From IMG/VR virus record IMGVR_UViG_3300045831_000017, positions 1 through 41,349 of that record: a DNA stretch of 41,349 nucleotides. One strand, written 5' to 3'. The DNA comes from a virus (lineage: Duplodnaviria; Caudoviricetes). A model generated the notes under the pieces. It had not been told where the DNA came from. It was given only the letters and a program-made list of their open reading frames with translations, and ran no database searches. Both the position numbers and the translations under genes were made by a program. Positions 1-8,547 of the stretch are shown here, piece after piece (positions within the stretch are counted from its first letter, which is position 1; every line of letters starts with the position of its first letter).

Positions 1-127
1 CGTGAAACTGCCATGCGCGTAGTTACACGCCTGGGTTTCAGCGGAACAGGCGGTTCTTGCGTCCGTGTCCACGTTGATGTTTCACATGGTTTCCGACACA
101 CTTACCGGTATGACTAGTGACGGACAG
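1..127. repeat. Terminal direct repeat, copy 1 (circular-assembly overlap)
   Basis: Bases 1-127 are identical to 41223-41349. 127 matches a common assembler k-mer size, so the genome is circular or complete with 41,222 bp unique. Confidence 0.95.
74..102 (+). promoter_or_regulatory. Putative sigma-A promoter for a leaderless repressor mRNA
   Basis: TTGATG (74-79), 17 nt spacer, CACACT (97-102), then ATG at 110 with no SD. The ATGTTTCA operator-like motif overlaps the -35. Confidence 0.5.
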
Positions 128-886
128 CGCATAGCAGCTCGGCGAGAGCACCTTGGGATGACCCAATCCGAGCTCGCAGACGCCGCTGGCGTGTCGGCGC
201 GGACGATCCACAACTTGGAGCGAGACAAGACCTGGCCGCAGAAGCCGAACCGCAACCGAGTTGAGCACGCGCTCGGCTGGGCGCCGGGTTCCCTCGAGCA
301 GATCCGCGACGGCGGCGACCCCACTCCCCTATCTGCCAAGCTCTCGGACGGGATCTTCCCGCACACTATCGAGGAGCATCTAGCGCACACAGAGCAGCAG
401 CATTCACCCGCAGGTGTGTCCAAGACTGTCTCGGATCTAGGTAAGCAGGGGCACAGCGCCGCCACGATCCATCCCGACAGGGCGATCGCCGCAGTCCAAG
501 GAGCATTGCGGGCAGTCGGGAGCACCGGCTCAGATCACGTACCTGCTCCGACGCGAGTACTCGCCGCGATTGTGCTGGACGACATCGTCGCCCAGCTCGA
601 TGACGAGCACCGGGAGCAACTCGCCCTCTACGCGTTCCAACTCCTGGATCGCCAGCAGGCCGTCACTTTGGCTCACCCGCCAAACCGTGCCGACGAGTCC
701 GCGACGAGCTCGGACTCCTCCCGGCGTGACGGTGGACCGTCTGCGTCTGTGTCTGGTGGTGAGTCGCGCAAGGAGTTCCACACGGATCGGATGTCGGAGG
801 AGGAGCGGCGTGAGCTCGCGGCGACGGATGAGGTGTGGGGTGACTACGTGGAGTCGAAGCGTGTTCGTCCGGAGAGTGAGCTGTAG
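110..886 (+). CDS. Immunity repressor, XRE-family HTH with long C-terminal region
   Basis: N-terminal IAARREHLGMTQSELADAAGVSARTIHNLERDK is an XRE HTH. Divergent from a cro-like HTH gene. Start placed at ATG 110 rather than GTG 65. Confidence 0.85.
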   Translation: MTSDGQRIAARREHLGMTQSELADAAGVSARTIHNLERDKTWPQKPNRNRVEHALGWAPGSLEQIRDGGDPTPLSAKLSDGIFPHTIEEHLAHTEQQHSPAGVSKTVSDLGKQGHSAATIHPDRAIAAVQGALRAVGSTGSDHVPAPTRVLAAIVLDDIVAQLDDEHREQLALYAFQLLDRQQAVTLAHPPNRADESATSSDSSRRDGGPSASVSGGESRKEFHTDRMSEEERRELAATDEVWGDYVESKRVRPESEL

Positions 887-1413
887 TGCTGCCCGAGCTG
901 GTCGGCCGGTTCGGGGTGCTTCCGGTCGGGGTGCATCGTGCGACGATGGCTGAGGTGAAGGACTTGTTCGTCGACCGGGCGCCGGAGTCCACTCAGCGTC
1001 GGCGGCGGTGGATCTTCGAGGCGCTGGAGCTGCATATGCAGGTGGTGTTCCACGCGTTGCAGGGCGAGCCAGTTCGGGTGTGGATAGACGGTGGTTTCAC
1101 GACTCACAAGTCTTGGAAGCCGGAAGACGTTGATGTGGTCTATCTGACGTCGTTCGACGGAGTCCGCAAGCTCAGTCATGATCGTGGACTGCCGCTATGG
1201 ACGTTGGCGGATGTGAAGGCTCTGTCAGGTAGAAAGCCAGTTGAGACCGAGAAGTTGCACCCCATGGCTGGGCTTCTGGATGGCTATGCTGACAAGGACA
1301 ACGATCTGCGCCGGGAGTACTGGAGCCGTAAGTTCCGGACCTTCAAAGGGCAGGACGGCCGGCGGGTTGATGGTGTAGAGAAGGGTTTTGTGGAGGTGAT
1401 CCTCGATGACTGA
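886..1413 (+). CDS. DUF6932-like, Pol-beta-type nucleotidyltransferase-fold protein
   Basis: LPVGVHRAT N-terminal motif and WIDGGFTTHK..PEDVDVV (G[GS]..DxD NTase signature). GTG overlaps the repressor TAG. Confidence 0.65.
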   Translation: MLPELVGRFGVLPVGVHRATMAEVKDLFVDRAPESTQRRRRWIFEALELHMQVVFHALQGEPVRVWIDGGFTTHKSWKPEDVDVVYLTSFDGVRKLSHDRGLPLWTLADVKALSGRKPVETEKLHPMAGLLDGYADKDNDLRREYWSRKFRTFKGQDGRRVDGVEKGFVEVILDD

Positions 1414-2479
1414 GCACATCGATTACTCGGCCATGAGTGACGAGGATCTGCTACGCGCAGTCGTCGCTGACGCACTGCAGCACCCAGAGACCGCGGACTT
1501 CGAACTCGGGCAGATCTACGCGGGAACAGTGCACGGTGATCCTGAGCAGGAGGCACTGTGGGCAGAGCTCACTGGTCCAGAGAACGCGCAGGTTGACATC
1601 CACCTTGATGGTGAGGCCGTCCACGGTCATTCCGTGGATGCCAAGATCGTCGTCGATCTGATCAGCGGGATAGCGAAGTCCGCGAAGACCACCGCCGAGG
1701 GTCGGATGAAGGAAATCCGGGAGAAGCAGTCCGACCGGAAGAAGGGCGGCAAGGCTTCTCTGGAGGCAGGCGGTGGGCGCCCGGTGCGCGTCGCCGCGAT
1801 GTCGCCGGGCAGTTTCGAGTTCGTCCTCGAGGCGCAACCGCCGGCGGCGCCCGAAAAGTCGACCGAAGGACAGATTCAGCAGGACGGTGGCGTGTATCAG
1901 CCGAGCCTGGATGACACTGCGCTGACAGATGTCGTCGACGCCCTGTTCTCCGATGGGTTGGATGGATCTCTGGACAAGCTTCCAGCCGGAGCGAAGAAGG
2001 CCCTGTACCCCGCGGTGAAGGCACTCTTGACCCCGGACCTGGAAGTAACGTCGCAACTGGTCCAGCGCAACCTGGCGCCAGTCCGCAGGGTCAAGCGCCA
2101 AGCCAATGCGATGGCGCTGAAGGCCCAGCTTGAGCAGGACCACGCTGAGATCCGGACGATCGAGCGGATCGTGAAGTTCGACGGGTACAAGCAGAGCGAA
2201 GACATCGTCTACCTGTTCATCGACAGTGAGAAGAAGTCCCGGAAGGTCACGGTCGAGAACGCTGAGGTACTCGCCTCGCTACGGGGCTGGTCTGCGGAAT
2301 CGCCCGATGAACTCTGGGTCGAGGTCTCGGTGTTGCTGAAGGTGGTCACCTCCGTCAAAAAGAAGACCGAGACCTCCCTCACGTTGACCTATGCCGACAA
2401 GGCCGAGAAACCCGAGACCCAGGGCGATCAGCTCACTCTCGATGAGATAATCGCCGAGCTCACACCGGCCGGCGAGTAG
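1406..2479 (+). CDS. Hypothetical protein coupled to the NTase gene (candidate defence partner)
   Basis: 357-aa ORF with normal protein composition. Start overlaps the upstream stop (ATGACTGA) and has a GGAGG SD. Confidence 0.75.
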   Translation: MTEHIDYSAMSDEDLLRAVVADALQHPETADFELGQIYAGTVHGDPEQEALWAELTGPENAQVDIHLDGEAVHGHSVDAKIVVDLISGIAKSAKTTAEGRMKEIREKQSDRKKGGKASLEAGGGRPVRVAAMSPGSFEFVLEAQPPAAPEKSTEGQIQQDGGVYQPSLDDTALTDVVDALFSDGLDGSLDKLPAGAKKALYPAVKALLTPDLEVTSQLVQRNLAPVRRVKRQANAMALKAQLEQDHAEIRTIERIVKFDGYKQSEDIVYLFIDSEKKSRKVTVENAEVLASLRGWSAESPDELWVEVSVLLKVVTSVKKKTETSLTLTYADKAEKPETQGDQLTLDEIIAELTPAGE

Positions 2480-2512
2480 TCGTCGTCCCCCACTACGAAA
2501 GATCACACGACC

Positions 2513-3328
2513 ATGACCGCTCACAAGACCCTGGCCGCCGGCGCGGTGGCTGCCCTGGCACTGTCACTCGCTGCGTGCGGTGGGGATGATGACGCCGACA
2601 ACAGCCCTGACAACGAGACCTCATCAGCCACGGAATCAGCTGGTGCCGACGACGGGAACCTCGGGTTCACCGAGTTGCAGTTCGGCGACACCTTCACGTT
2701 CAAGGGCGATGACGACAACCCTGCCGATGTGGACCTCCGGGTCGACGACATCAGCGTCAGCAGCGGGTGCCACGACGGTCACGCCTCTTACTCGGACACC
2801 CCTGAGGACCCAGGTTCCACGTTCGTGAAGATCACCGGCGACATGGATGTGAAGTCCAATTCGTGGAACGACAGCTTCTACATCACCGTGGGTGAATGGG
2901 TCGCGGTCGATGCAGACGGGTATTCCCTCGAGATCGCTCCGGCACTGACCTGCAATACGGAACAGATCAACACGTGGTCCAACCCTCTGGACGCCGGGCA
3001 GAAGCGTCACGCCGTCGAGGAGTTCGAGGTGAAGGGCGTCCCGGTGCAGTGGGGTGTGAAGCCGATTCGGTCCGAGGAAGGCTGGGGGTGGGGTCTGCCT
3101 GAGGCCGCGGATGCTCCGGCAGCTTCCGGCGCTCCCGATCCGACGTCGGCGGCACCTGAGGCCCCCGCTAATGCGCCGGCGCCCGTGGCGGGTGTTCCCG
3201 TCCCGGACCCGGATGTGCCCGGGGCGAACCAGCCCCAGCCCGGCGAGTCCTCCGTCTGGTACGACGAGGACGGGAACGTCACCGGTGGCATGAATGTCGA
3301 CGAGAACGGGAACGTCACCTACTACTAG
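2513..3328 (+). CDS. Lipoprotein (candidate superinfection-exclusion or surface protein)
   Basis: Signal peptide with lipobox LSLAAC, acidic linker, beta-rich domain and Pro/Ala-rich tail. Lies in the lysogeny operon. Confidence 0.8.
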   Translation: MTAHKTLAAGAVAALALSLAACGGDDDADNSPDNETSSATESAGADDGNLGFTELQFGDTFTFKGDDDNPADVDLRVDDISVSSGCHDGHASYSDTPEDPGSTFVKITGDMDVKSNSWNDSFYITVGEWVAVDADGYSLEIAPALTCNTEQINTWSNPLDAGQKRHAVEEFEVKGVPVQWGVKPIRSEEGWGWGLPEAADAPAASGAPDPTSAAPEAPANAPAPVAGVPVPDPDVPGANQPQPGESSVWYDEDGNVTGGMNVDENGNVTYY

Positions 3329-3335
3329 TCGAAGA

Positions 3336-3365
3336 GCCCCCACCGTGCAGGAACACAGTGGGGGC
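3336..3365. terminator. Stem-loop between lipoprotein and integrase
   Basis: GCCCCCACCGTG-caggaa-CACAGTGGGGGC inverted repeat. Confidence 0.55.
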
Positions 3366-3406
3366 CGATGTGTCTACGCAGCAGCAGACAAGGAGAACGA
3401 TAGCGC

Positions 3407-4609
3407 ATGAGCGTCCAGCGCCGCCCGAAGCAGGGCAAGGACAGTGCAGGGGTCGTCCGGTGGGTCGTGCGGTACCGCGACCGGGCAGGCAAGGAGCACA
3501 GCAAGACGTTCTCGTCTGCCGACTACAAGAAGCCGGCAGAAGCCGCGAAATCCTTCGACGCGACGATGCGAGACCAACTGCGCCGCGGCACGTGGATCGA
3601 CCCCGACGACGGGAAGAAGACCGTCCGCGAGGTCACCGAAGTGTGGGTCGAGACCGCGGTGAAGGCAGGGACGAAGGACACCCGCAGGCATCTGCTCGCC
3701 AACCTCGGCGACCTGGCCGACATAACCCTAGGCGCACTGCGCCCCTCGCACGTGACCACGTGGGTCAGTGTGCTGCGCACCGGACGCCCGTGGGCGAAAG
3801 GCCGGCCACTGTCCGACGCGACCATCCGCGTCCGCCTCGGCCAGCTCCAGTCCGTAATGCAGATCGCCGTCGACGACGACATGCTCGCCAAGAACCCCGT
3901 CCGCGTCGCCCGGCGCGGCCTGGGCAGTCAGCTGCGTTCGGTGGATGAGCGTGAGGTGCCGTCGGTGGAGCAGATCAACCGGCTGATCGAGACGGCCAGG
4001 ACAGGTGGCAGGGTTCCCGGAGTTGAAGGGCACGGGTCGACGCTTGCGCCGGCGGAGTGGCTGGCCCAGGTCCTGATCATCTCCTCGGAGACCGGGCTGC
4101 GTATCGGCGAGGTTGCCGGGCTGATCGGTGATGACGTGGATCTGGATGCCGGACTGCTGCATGTGCAGCGGCAGTGCCCGTACCGGGTGGATGAGCTCAC
4201 GGGGTTGAAGTCCGAGGCGTCCGACCGGTTCGTGCCGATCTCGGCGGCGCTGGTCCGGGATCTTCGTCGGTGGATGCGCGGGCCGGAGGACCGGGTGGTC
4301 GCAGGGCCGAAGGGCCATGGGGTGTCGTCGCCTACCATCACGACGGCAGTGGCGAAGTGCCGGAAGATCGCCGGGGTGCCCGACACGATCAGTGCACACG
4401 GGACGCGGCACTTCTTCGCCACCTCCCTGCTGGCGGCCGGCGAGCCGCTGCAGACCGTCTCCTCGCTGCTCGGTCACGACTCGATCAGCACGACCGGAGC
4501 GGTCTACAGCCACTTCCTGCCGGACCATCTGGAGGCATCGCGGGCCGCGGTGAAATCTCTTGCGGGATCGTTGCGGGATGGACGGGGCGAGCTGAGGGTG
4601 GTGGGCTAG
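3407..4609 (+). CDS. int: Tyrosine integrase
   Basis: N-terminal arm-binding region (WVVRYRD..GKEHSKTF). Catalytic motifs TGLRIGE, HGTRH, LLGH and YSH. Confidence 0.95.
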   Translation: MSVQRRPKQGKDSAGVVRWVVRYRDRAGKEHSKTFSSADYKKPAEAAKSFDATMRDQLRRGTWIDPDDGKKTVREVTEVWVETAVKAGTKDTRRHLLANLGDLADITLGALRPSHVTTWVSVLRTGRPWAKGRPLSDATIRVRLGQLQSVMQIAVDDDMLAKNPVRVARRGLGSQLRSVDEREVPSVEQINRLIETARTGGRVPGVEGHGSTLAPAEWLAQVLIISSETGLRIGEVAGLIGDDVDLDAGLLHVQRQCPYRVDELTGLKSEASDRFVPISAALVRDLRRWMRGPEDRVVAGPKGHGVSSPTITTAVAKCRKIAGVPDTISAHGTRHFFATSLLAAGEPLQTVSSLLGHDSISTTGAVYSHFLPDHLEASRAAVKSLAGSLRDGRGELRVVG

Positions 4610-4906
4610 GTGTCCGGACACACGATGATGGCCGCACAGGAGCCGCTGACGGTGCTAGAGCCGAAGCGGTGGCGTGCTGACCAGCAAGAACACGAGCAGT
4701 CGGCGGATGCCCTCACCGCCGCGCACCGTGCCCGTCGGTCGCGTGGTGAGCGGCACCCGGTGTGGGACTTCATGTTCACCTACTACCCGGGCACCTGAGT
4801 AATCGAACAGGGGAAACGCCGTGTTGCTGGTCACGGCGTTGCGTGTTCGACGTGTCCGACGTGTCCGACGTGCTCTGTGGAACCTGCTGCGGGATGGATG
4901 CGGGAT
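4561..4906. mobile_element. attP region with paired integrase arm-type sites
   Basis: TGCGGGAT pairs at 4561/4572 and 4888/4899, both with 11-bp period, flank a host-gene-like segment. Tandem GTGTYCGAC x3 lies at 4843-4869 and a 9-bp inverted repeat at 4815-4840. Confidence 0.75.
4610..4798 (+). pseudogene. 5' fragment of a conserved actinobacterial host gene (often annotated 3-methyladenine DNA glycosylase), inside attP
   Basis: W...QEHEQSADALTAAHRARRSRGERHPVWDFMFTYYP resembles the family's N-terminal HPVxDFxFTYY motif (recalled). The ORF stops three codons after YY. Confidence 0.65.
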
Positions 4907-4917
4907 GGCGGGGCATG

Positions 4918-4953
4918 AAGAAAGCCCCCACCGTCGCGGGGACGGTGGGGGCT
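4918..4953 (-). terminator. Intrinsic terminator for the leftward late/lysis transcript
   Basis: 13-bp stem AGCCCCCACCGTC/GACGGTGGGGGCT followed on the minus strand by TTCTT. Confidence 0.75.
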
Positions 4954-5054
4954 AGTGGGGGCGGGGAGCTGCGACGCGACGCCGGGGCTTGGGATAAGGG
5001 GACCCCGGTGGGCGCTCGACCCGGATCTGAGCCTACAGGCTCCCCGGATCCACG

Positions 5055-5420
5055 TCAGGCGATCTCGTCGCCGAGATCCTCCACAAGCCGGGGATCTGCC
5101 CGCGGCCACTTCGCCCGGTCCGGGTGCCGGTCTCGCCAGTCCCGGACATGGCGGCGGTACAGCCGACGCAGGAGATCCAGCCCGTCGACCTTGTCGAGCA
5201 GCTCCGCCACCCTGGCGTCGGTCTTATCCAGGCGGGTCCGCAGCTCGGCGAGCTCGTGGTCCTGGCGCTCGGTCACGCCCCGCCACGAGTCCACCGCGGT
5301 CTTCTCCTTCTCTGACCGGCTCGTGGCCAGCGCCACGACGATGCCTCCGCCGGCGGTGATCACGGCGACGAGGATCGTCCCGATGAGCCACCCGAGCCAC
5401 GGAGTGTCGGTGGGCATCAT
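5055..5420 (-). CDS. Lysis-cassette membrane protein (one TM plus coiled coil)
   Basis: N-terminal hydrophobic helix then heptad-rich region. Overlaps the upstream gene at ATGA. Confidence 0.75.
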   Translation of the reverse strand: MMPTDTPWLGWLIGTILVAVITAGGGIVVALATSRSEKEKTAVDSWRGVTERQDHELAELRTRLDKTDARVAELLDKVDGLDLLRRLYRRHVRDWRDRHPDRAKWPRADPRLVEDLGDEIA

Positions 5421-5842
5421 GAACCTCGATTCTTCATCATCGGTACCGGCACCAGGCTGAACCGAGAGGCAATGAGGTACGCCACCAGCGCGAAGGTCGT
5501 CGCCGTGATGTACCCGGAATCGCTGTCACCGGCGACCCACGCCCAGAGATATATCCCTGCCCAGAGCACCGGGACCACGGCAGCCCAGGTGACCGCGAGA
5601 ATGCGATGATCTCCCCTCACCGCGAGAGTGATCAGGGCGACCCCCGTGGCAGCCCAAACGATGGCCCACACCAACATAGGCAGGTAGGTCTCCACCGCCG
5701 GCATCCGCGGCCTGGACGCCGCCACGGGAGGGCTGTACCAGACAGCCGTCACCAGAGCGAAGACTCCGAGGACGAGGAGAGTCTGCCGGTCACCCCTCAG
5801 CCAGCGGTCGATTCGGTCGGGCAGCGATGACATCGGGATCAC
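5417..5842 (-). CDS. Lysis-cassette membrane protein (about 4 TM, holin-like)
   Basis: Four hydrophobic segments, downstream of endolysin and holin. Confidence 0.75.
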   Translation of the reverse strand: MIPMSSLPDRIDRWLRGDRQTLLVLGVFALVTAVWYSPPVAASRPRMPAVETYLPMLVWAIVWAATGVALITLAVRGDHRILAVTWAAVVPVLWAGIYLWAWVAGDSDSGYITATTFALVAYLIASRFSLVPVPMMKNRGS

Positions 5843-6303
5843 CTCCCGTAGACGTAGTCGTCTCCCGGCGCGTCGACCGGGGTGCTGGTCTGCTCGACTG
5901 TCGGGGTGGTCTCGTGGGTGCCGGTCTCCCCGCGCTCCTCGGCTCGGATGGCGGCGACGACGGCCTGGCCGATCTGGTCCGTGCCGGGAATGCGGGACAG
6001 TGCGTCGCGCACGGCGTCCTCGAGGTGGTCCTGCAGGGTGGTGGCGGTGCCCGCGATCATCGCGGCCTCGGCGTCTGCGTCGGTCGCCGTGGAGTCAGAT
6101 CCGGAGTGGGTCTTCGTCGCGGCGAGCGCGGGGGCGAGGACGCCGAGGAGGATCGGGAGCCACTGATCGACCTGTCCGAGGATGTCGTCGGCTTTCACGT
6201 CCGAGAGGACGCCGACCCAGCCGAGGACGCCGATGATGACAGCTGCGAGGCCGTAGGCGATGCGACGGACCTGCCAGGCTTCGGGCTTCTTCTTGATGGC
6301 CAT
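5839..6303 (-). CDS. Holin
   Basis: Two N-terminal TM helices and a charged tail, immediately after the endolysin. Confidence 0.7.
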   Translation of the reverse strand: MAIKKKPEAWQVRRIAYGLAAVIIGVLGWVGVLSDVKADDILGQVDQWLPILLGVLAPALAATKTHSGSDSTATDADAEAAMIAGTATTLQDHLEDAVRDALSRIPGTDQIGQAVVAAIRAEERGETGTHETTPTVEQTSTPVDAPGDDYVYGR

Positions 6304-6306
6304 GGC

Positions 6307-7689
6307 CTACTTCTCCTTCGTGTCGTGGCAGCCGGGTACGCCGAGCTTCTCCCCGATCGCGCCGAGGAGGTCGGTGCGGGTCCGGTCGCCGGTCTGGGTC
6401 CAGCCACCGTAGGGGCCGGCGATGTTGGCGTCTCCCATGTCCTGGGCGGACAGGGCCATGAGCATGGCGCGGCAGTCGGCGGTGTTGTCGCGGATCTGGG
6501 TGAGCAGTGCGCGGTCTTCGGGGGTCATATCGTCCTCTCCTTCGGAGGTGTCGGTGGCCCAGGCGGACGCCCAGGCGTATTCGCGGGGCGGGATCATGGT
6601 GGCGAACTGGTTGAACGTCACCCAGGAGCCGTGCGGTGCGAAGCCGGAGTCGGCGAGCCAGACGTGGCGGACGCCGACGGCATCGCGGGCGTAGCCCATG
6701 ACCGCGAGGTAGTGCATGACGAAGCCCCCGCCGTAGCGGAGGCTTTCGGTGCTGGTGTAGCTGGCTTTCGGATAGTTGGAGGGCGGCACCCAGATGTTCG
6801 CCGCGACGCCGACGCCACCGTTGACAGAGGCGACGATGCGAGACCAGAGGGTCTCCTTCTCCGCTGGCTTCGGCGGGTCATTCGGCATGGAGCCGGTCTT
6901 CCACTCGCCGCCGATGCGGGCGTTGAGGACCCGGGCGAGCTGCACCACCCCGTTCGTACCGTTGACCGTGGTCCCCAGTTCCTTGGCGAGGACGGACTCA
7001 CTGACCATCTGCCCAGTGCGGGCCTGGATGATCGTCTGCGTCGTCGCGGGGCCGCACCAGTAGTAGGTGTCCTGGCCGATCTCGGCGCGGGAGTAGTCGA
7101 GGCGCTTCTCGACAGTTGTCACGGTGGTCTCCTTCCCGGGGAGTAGTCGCTCCCCCAGTGCCTTGCATCGAGCGAGGCGTGCCCGTCTGTCGGCGAGTCC
7201 GTTGGTGCCGCCGTTGATGCTGCGGGTGACCGCATTGAGATCGTCAGCGTCTGCCTGGCTGTTCAGGTTCGGTCTGGCGACCACCCAGTACCAGGACGCG
7301 GCGAGGAAACCCCACTTCGGGTCCTGGCGGACGAGCTCCGGGTGGGCCTCGAAGTCGAGGTTGGTGTGCCCCTGCGACTGCGCCCACTGGGTGAAGTTGC
7401 GGAAGTTCGCTCGGCCGGTCAGCTGAATCGGGCCGGAGCCCTTGAACCGCACCCCGTCACCCGGCTGTGTGTTGCCGAGATCAGCGCGACCCTCGTAGGC
7501 TGCGCCGCTGGCGATCTCCTCCATGTACTGCAGGCCTGCACTCTCGTGGCCGACCTGCGCGCACCAGTGCGCAGCACGGAGCGGGGTGGTGATGCTCGCC
7601 GCCCGCATGGCGCCCTCCATGCCGGGCAGCATCTCGGTGGCGCGGGCCAGTGAGCAACCCATGGCGGTGGACAGCGTCTGAGCGTCCAT
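6307..7689 (-). CDS. Endolysin (GH19 glycoside hydrolase plus C39-like peptidase)
   Basis: GH19 motifs AQVGHES, LGNTQPGDG.RFKGSGPIQLTG and INGGTNG. C-terminal QDTYYWCGPA...HY...ADS peptidase triad. AAGGAGG SD before ATG 7689. Confidence 0.9.
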   Translation of the reverse strand: MDAQTLSTAMGCSLARATEMLPGMEGAMRAASITTPLRAAHWCAQVGHESAGLQYMEEIASGAAYEGRADLGNTQPGDGVRFKGSGPIQLTGRANFRNFTQWAQSQGHTNLDFEAHPELVRQDPKWGFLAASWYWVVARPNLNSQADADDLNAVTRSINGGTNGLADRRARLARCKALGERLLPGKETTVTTVEKRLDYSRAEIGQDTYYWCGPATTQTIIQARTGQMVSESVLAKELGTTVNGTNGVVQLARVLNARIGGEWKTGSMPNDPPKPAEKETLWSRIVASVNGGVGVAANIWVPPSNYPKASYTSTESLRYGGGFVMHYLAVMGYARDAVGVRHVWLADSGFAPHGSWVTFNQFATMIPPREYAWASAWATDTSEGEDDMTPEDRALLTQIRDNTADCRAMLMALSAQDMGDANIAGPYGGWTQTGDRTRTDLLGAIGEKLGVPGCHDTKEK

Positions 7690-7921
7690 GTGTGCCTCCT
7701 TTGAGTATGGAAACCCCCGTCGCCGGTGTGGTGCGGGGGTAGTGGTTATGTGCTGGTGGGAAAGCATTTATATTGTTCACCGGGGGTAATGATCACAGTG
7801 GTATCACGGTCTCGTAACGCTCCGGTCACGACGTGCGATGTTCCTCGTGACGGAAGCACAATGCCTCCGACATCCACATCCAGTGCAGGGCGACTCCTGC
7901 CTAACCGAGAGGGATCATCAC

Positions 7922-8020
7922 ATGATCGACATCATCTCCACCTTCGCCACCGCCATCGTCAACCTCGTCTCCGACGGCATCAAGGGCTTCGTCGACGCTG
8001 TCGCCGGCATCTTCGCCTAA
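7922..8020 (+). CDS. 32-aa amphipathic peptide (stand-alone moron)
   Basis: MIDIISTFATAIVNLVSDGIKGFVDAVAGIFA. Codons end mostly in C, a GAGAGGGA SD precedes it, a hairpin follows it, and it is opposite to the flanking genes. Confidence 0.75.
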   Translation: MIDIISTFATAIVNLVSDGIKGFVDAVAGIFA

Positions 8021-8031
8021 GACTCGCTGAC

Positions 8032-8070
8032 GAGACCCCGTCGTCGCCCGCTGGGCGGCACGGGGTTTCT
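8032..8070. terminator. Probably bidirectional terminator between the peptide gene and tail genes
   Basis: GAGACCCCGT-CGTCGCCC-gct-GGGCGGC-ACGGGGTTTC hairpin. Confidence 0.7.
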
Positions 8071-8140
8071 CCATGCCCTCTGCCGTCCCGGAATCCCCCT
8101 TATCTCGCATGCGCGACGGGCTGGTTCACGGCTGGCCTGG

Positions 8141-8545
8141 CTAGGTGATCGGGTCGGTTTCCAGGTAGTACAAAGTGCCTACGATGGTGGCCTTGGATGA
8201 CGAAGCATTGCCGGCCCAGGTGAGGTTCACGACTCCCGAAGAACCGGTGTCCACGTCGCGCGCCTGCACCCCCAGAATGTTTGTGGTGAACGAACCATTA
8301 CTTCCGAGTCCAAATGACGCGGCTCGACCGTAAGCGCCGGTGTCACCCACCGTTAGGGTGGAGTTATTCGCGGATGCGGAAATGGTGTAGTCGAGTTTGA
8401 AAAGTCCGACCTTACCTGCGGTGACAGTGTTCGAGAATAGGGTTACCGGGGGCTGCCCGGACAGGACGCGGGAGGGTAGTGAAATAGGTGTCCATTTGAG
8501 ACTGTCGCCCCCTAGTTTTCCGACGAGTTGTGTTGTGATAGCCAT
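8141..8545 (-). CDS. Small minor tail or receptor-binding-associated protein
   Basis: Beta-rich Ser/Gly/Thr composition, directly follows the fibre gene, visibly more AT-rich codon usage. Confidence 0.65.
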   Translation of the reverse strand: MAITTQLVGKLGGDSLKWTPISLPSRVLSGQPPVTLFSNTVTAGKVGLFKLDYTISASANNSTLTVGDTGAYGRAASFGLGSNGSFTTNILGVQARDVDTGSSGVVNLTWAGNASSSKATIVGTLYYLETDPIT

Positions 8546-8547
8546 GA

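Noticed and set aside
1-127. 127-bp terminal repeat as a biological DTR
   Set aside because: The length equals a common assembly k-mer, it falls within the switch and repressor start, and HNH plus a cos-like site point to cohesive ends elsewhere.
110-886. Integration-dependent immunity (attP inside the repressor gene)
   Set aside because: The attP evidence lies downstream of int, not within the repressor.
4843-4875. Tandem 9-mers as a CRISPR array or iterons
   Set aside because: No spacers or cas genes. Position within attP fits Xis or accessory-factor sites.
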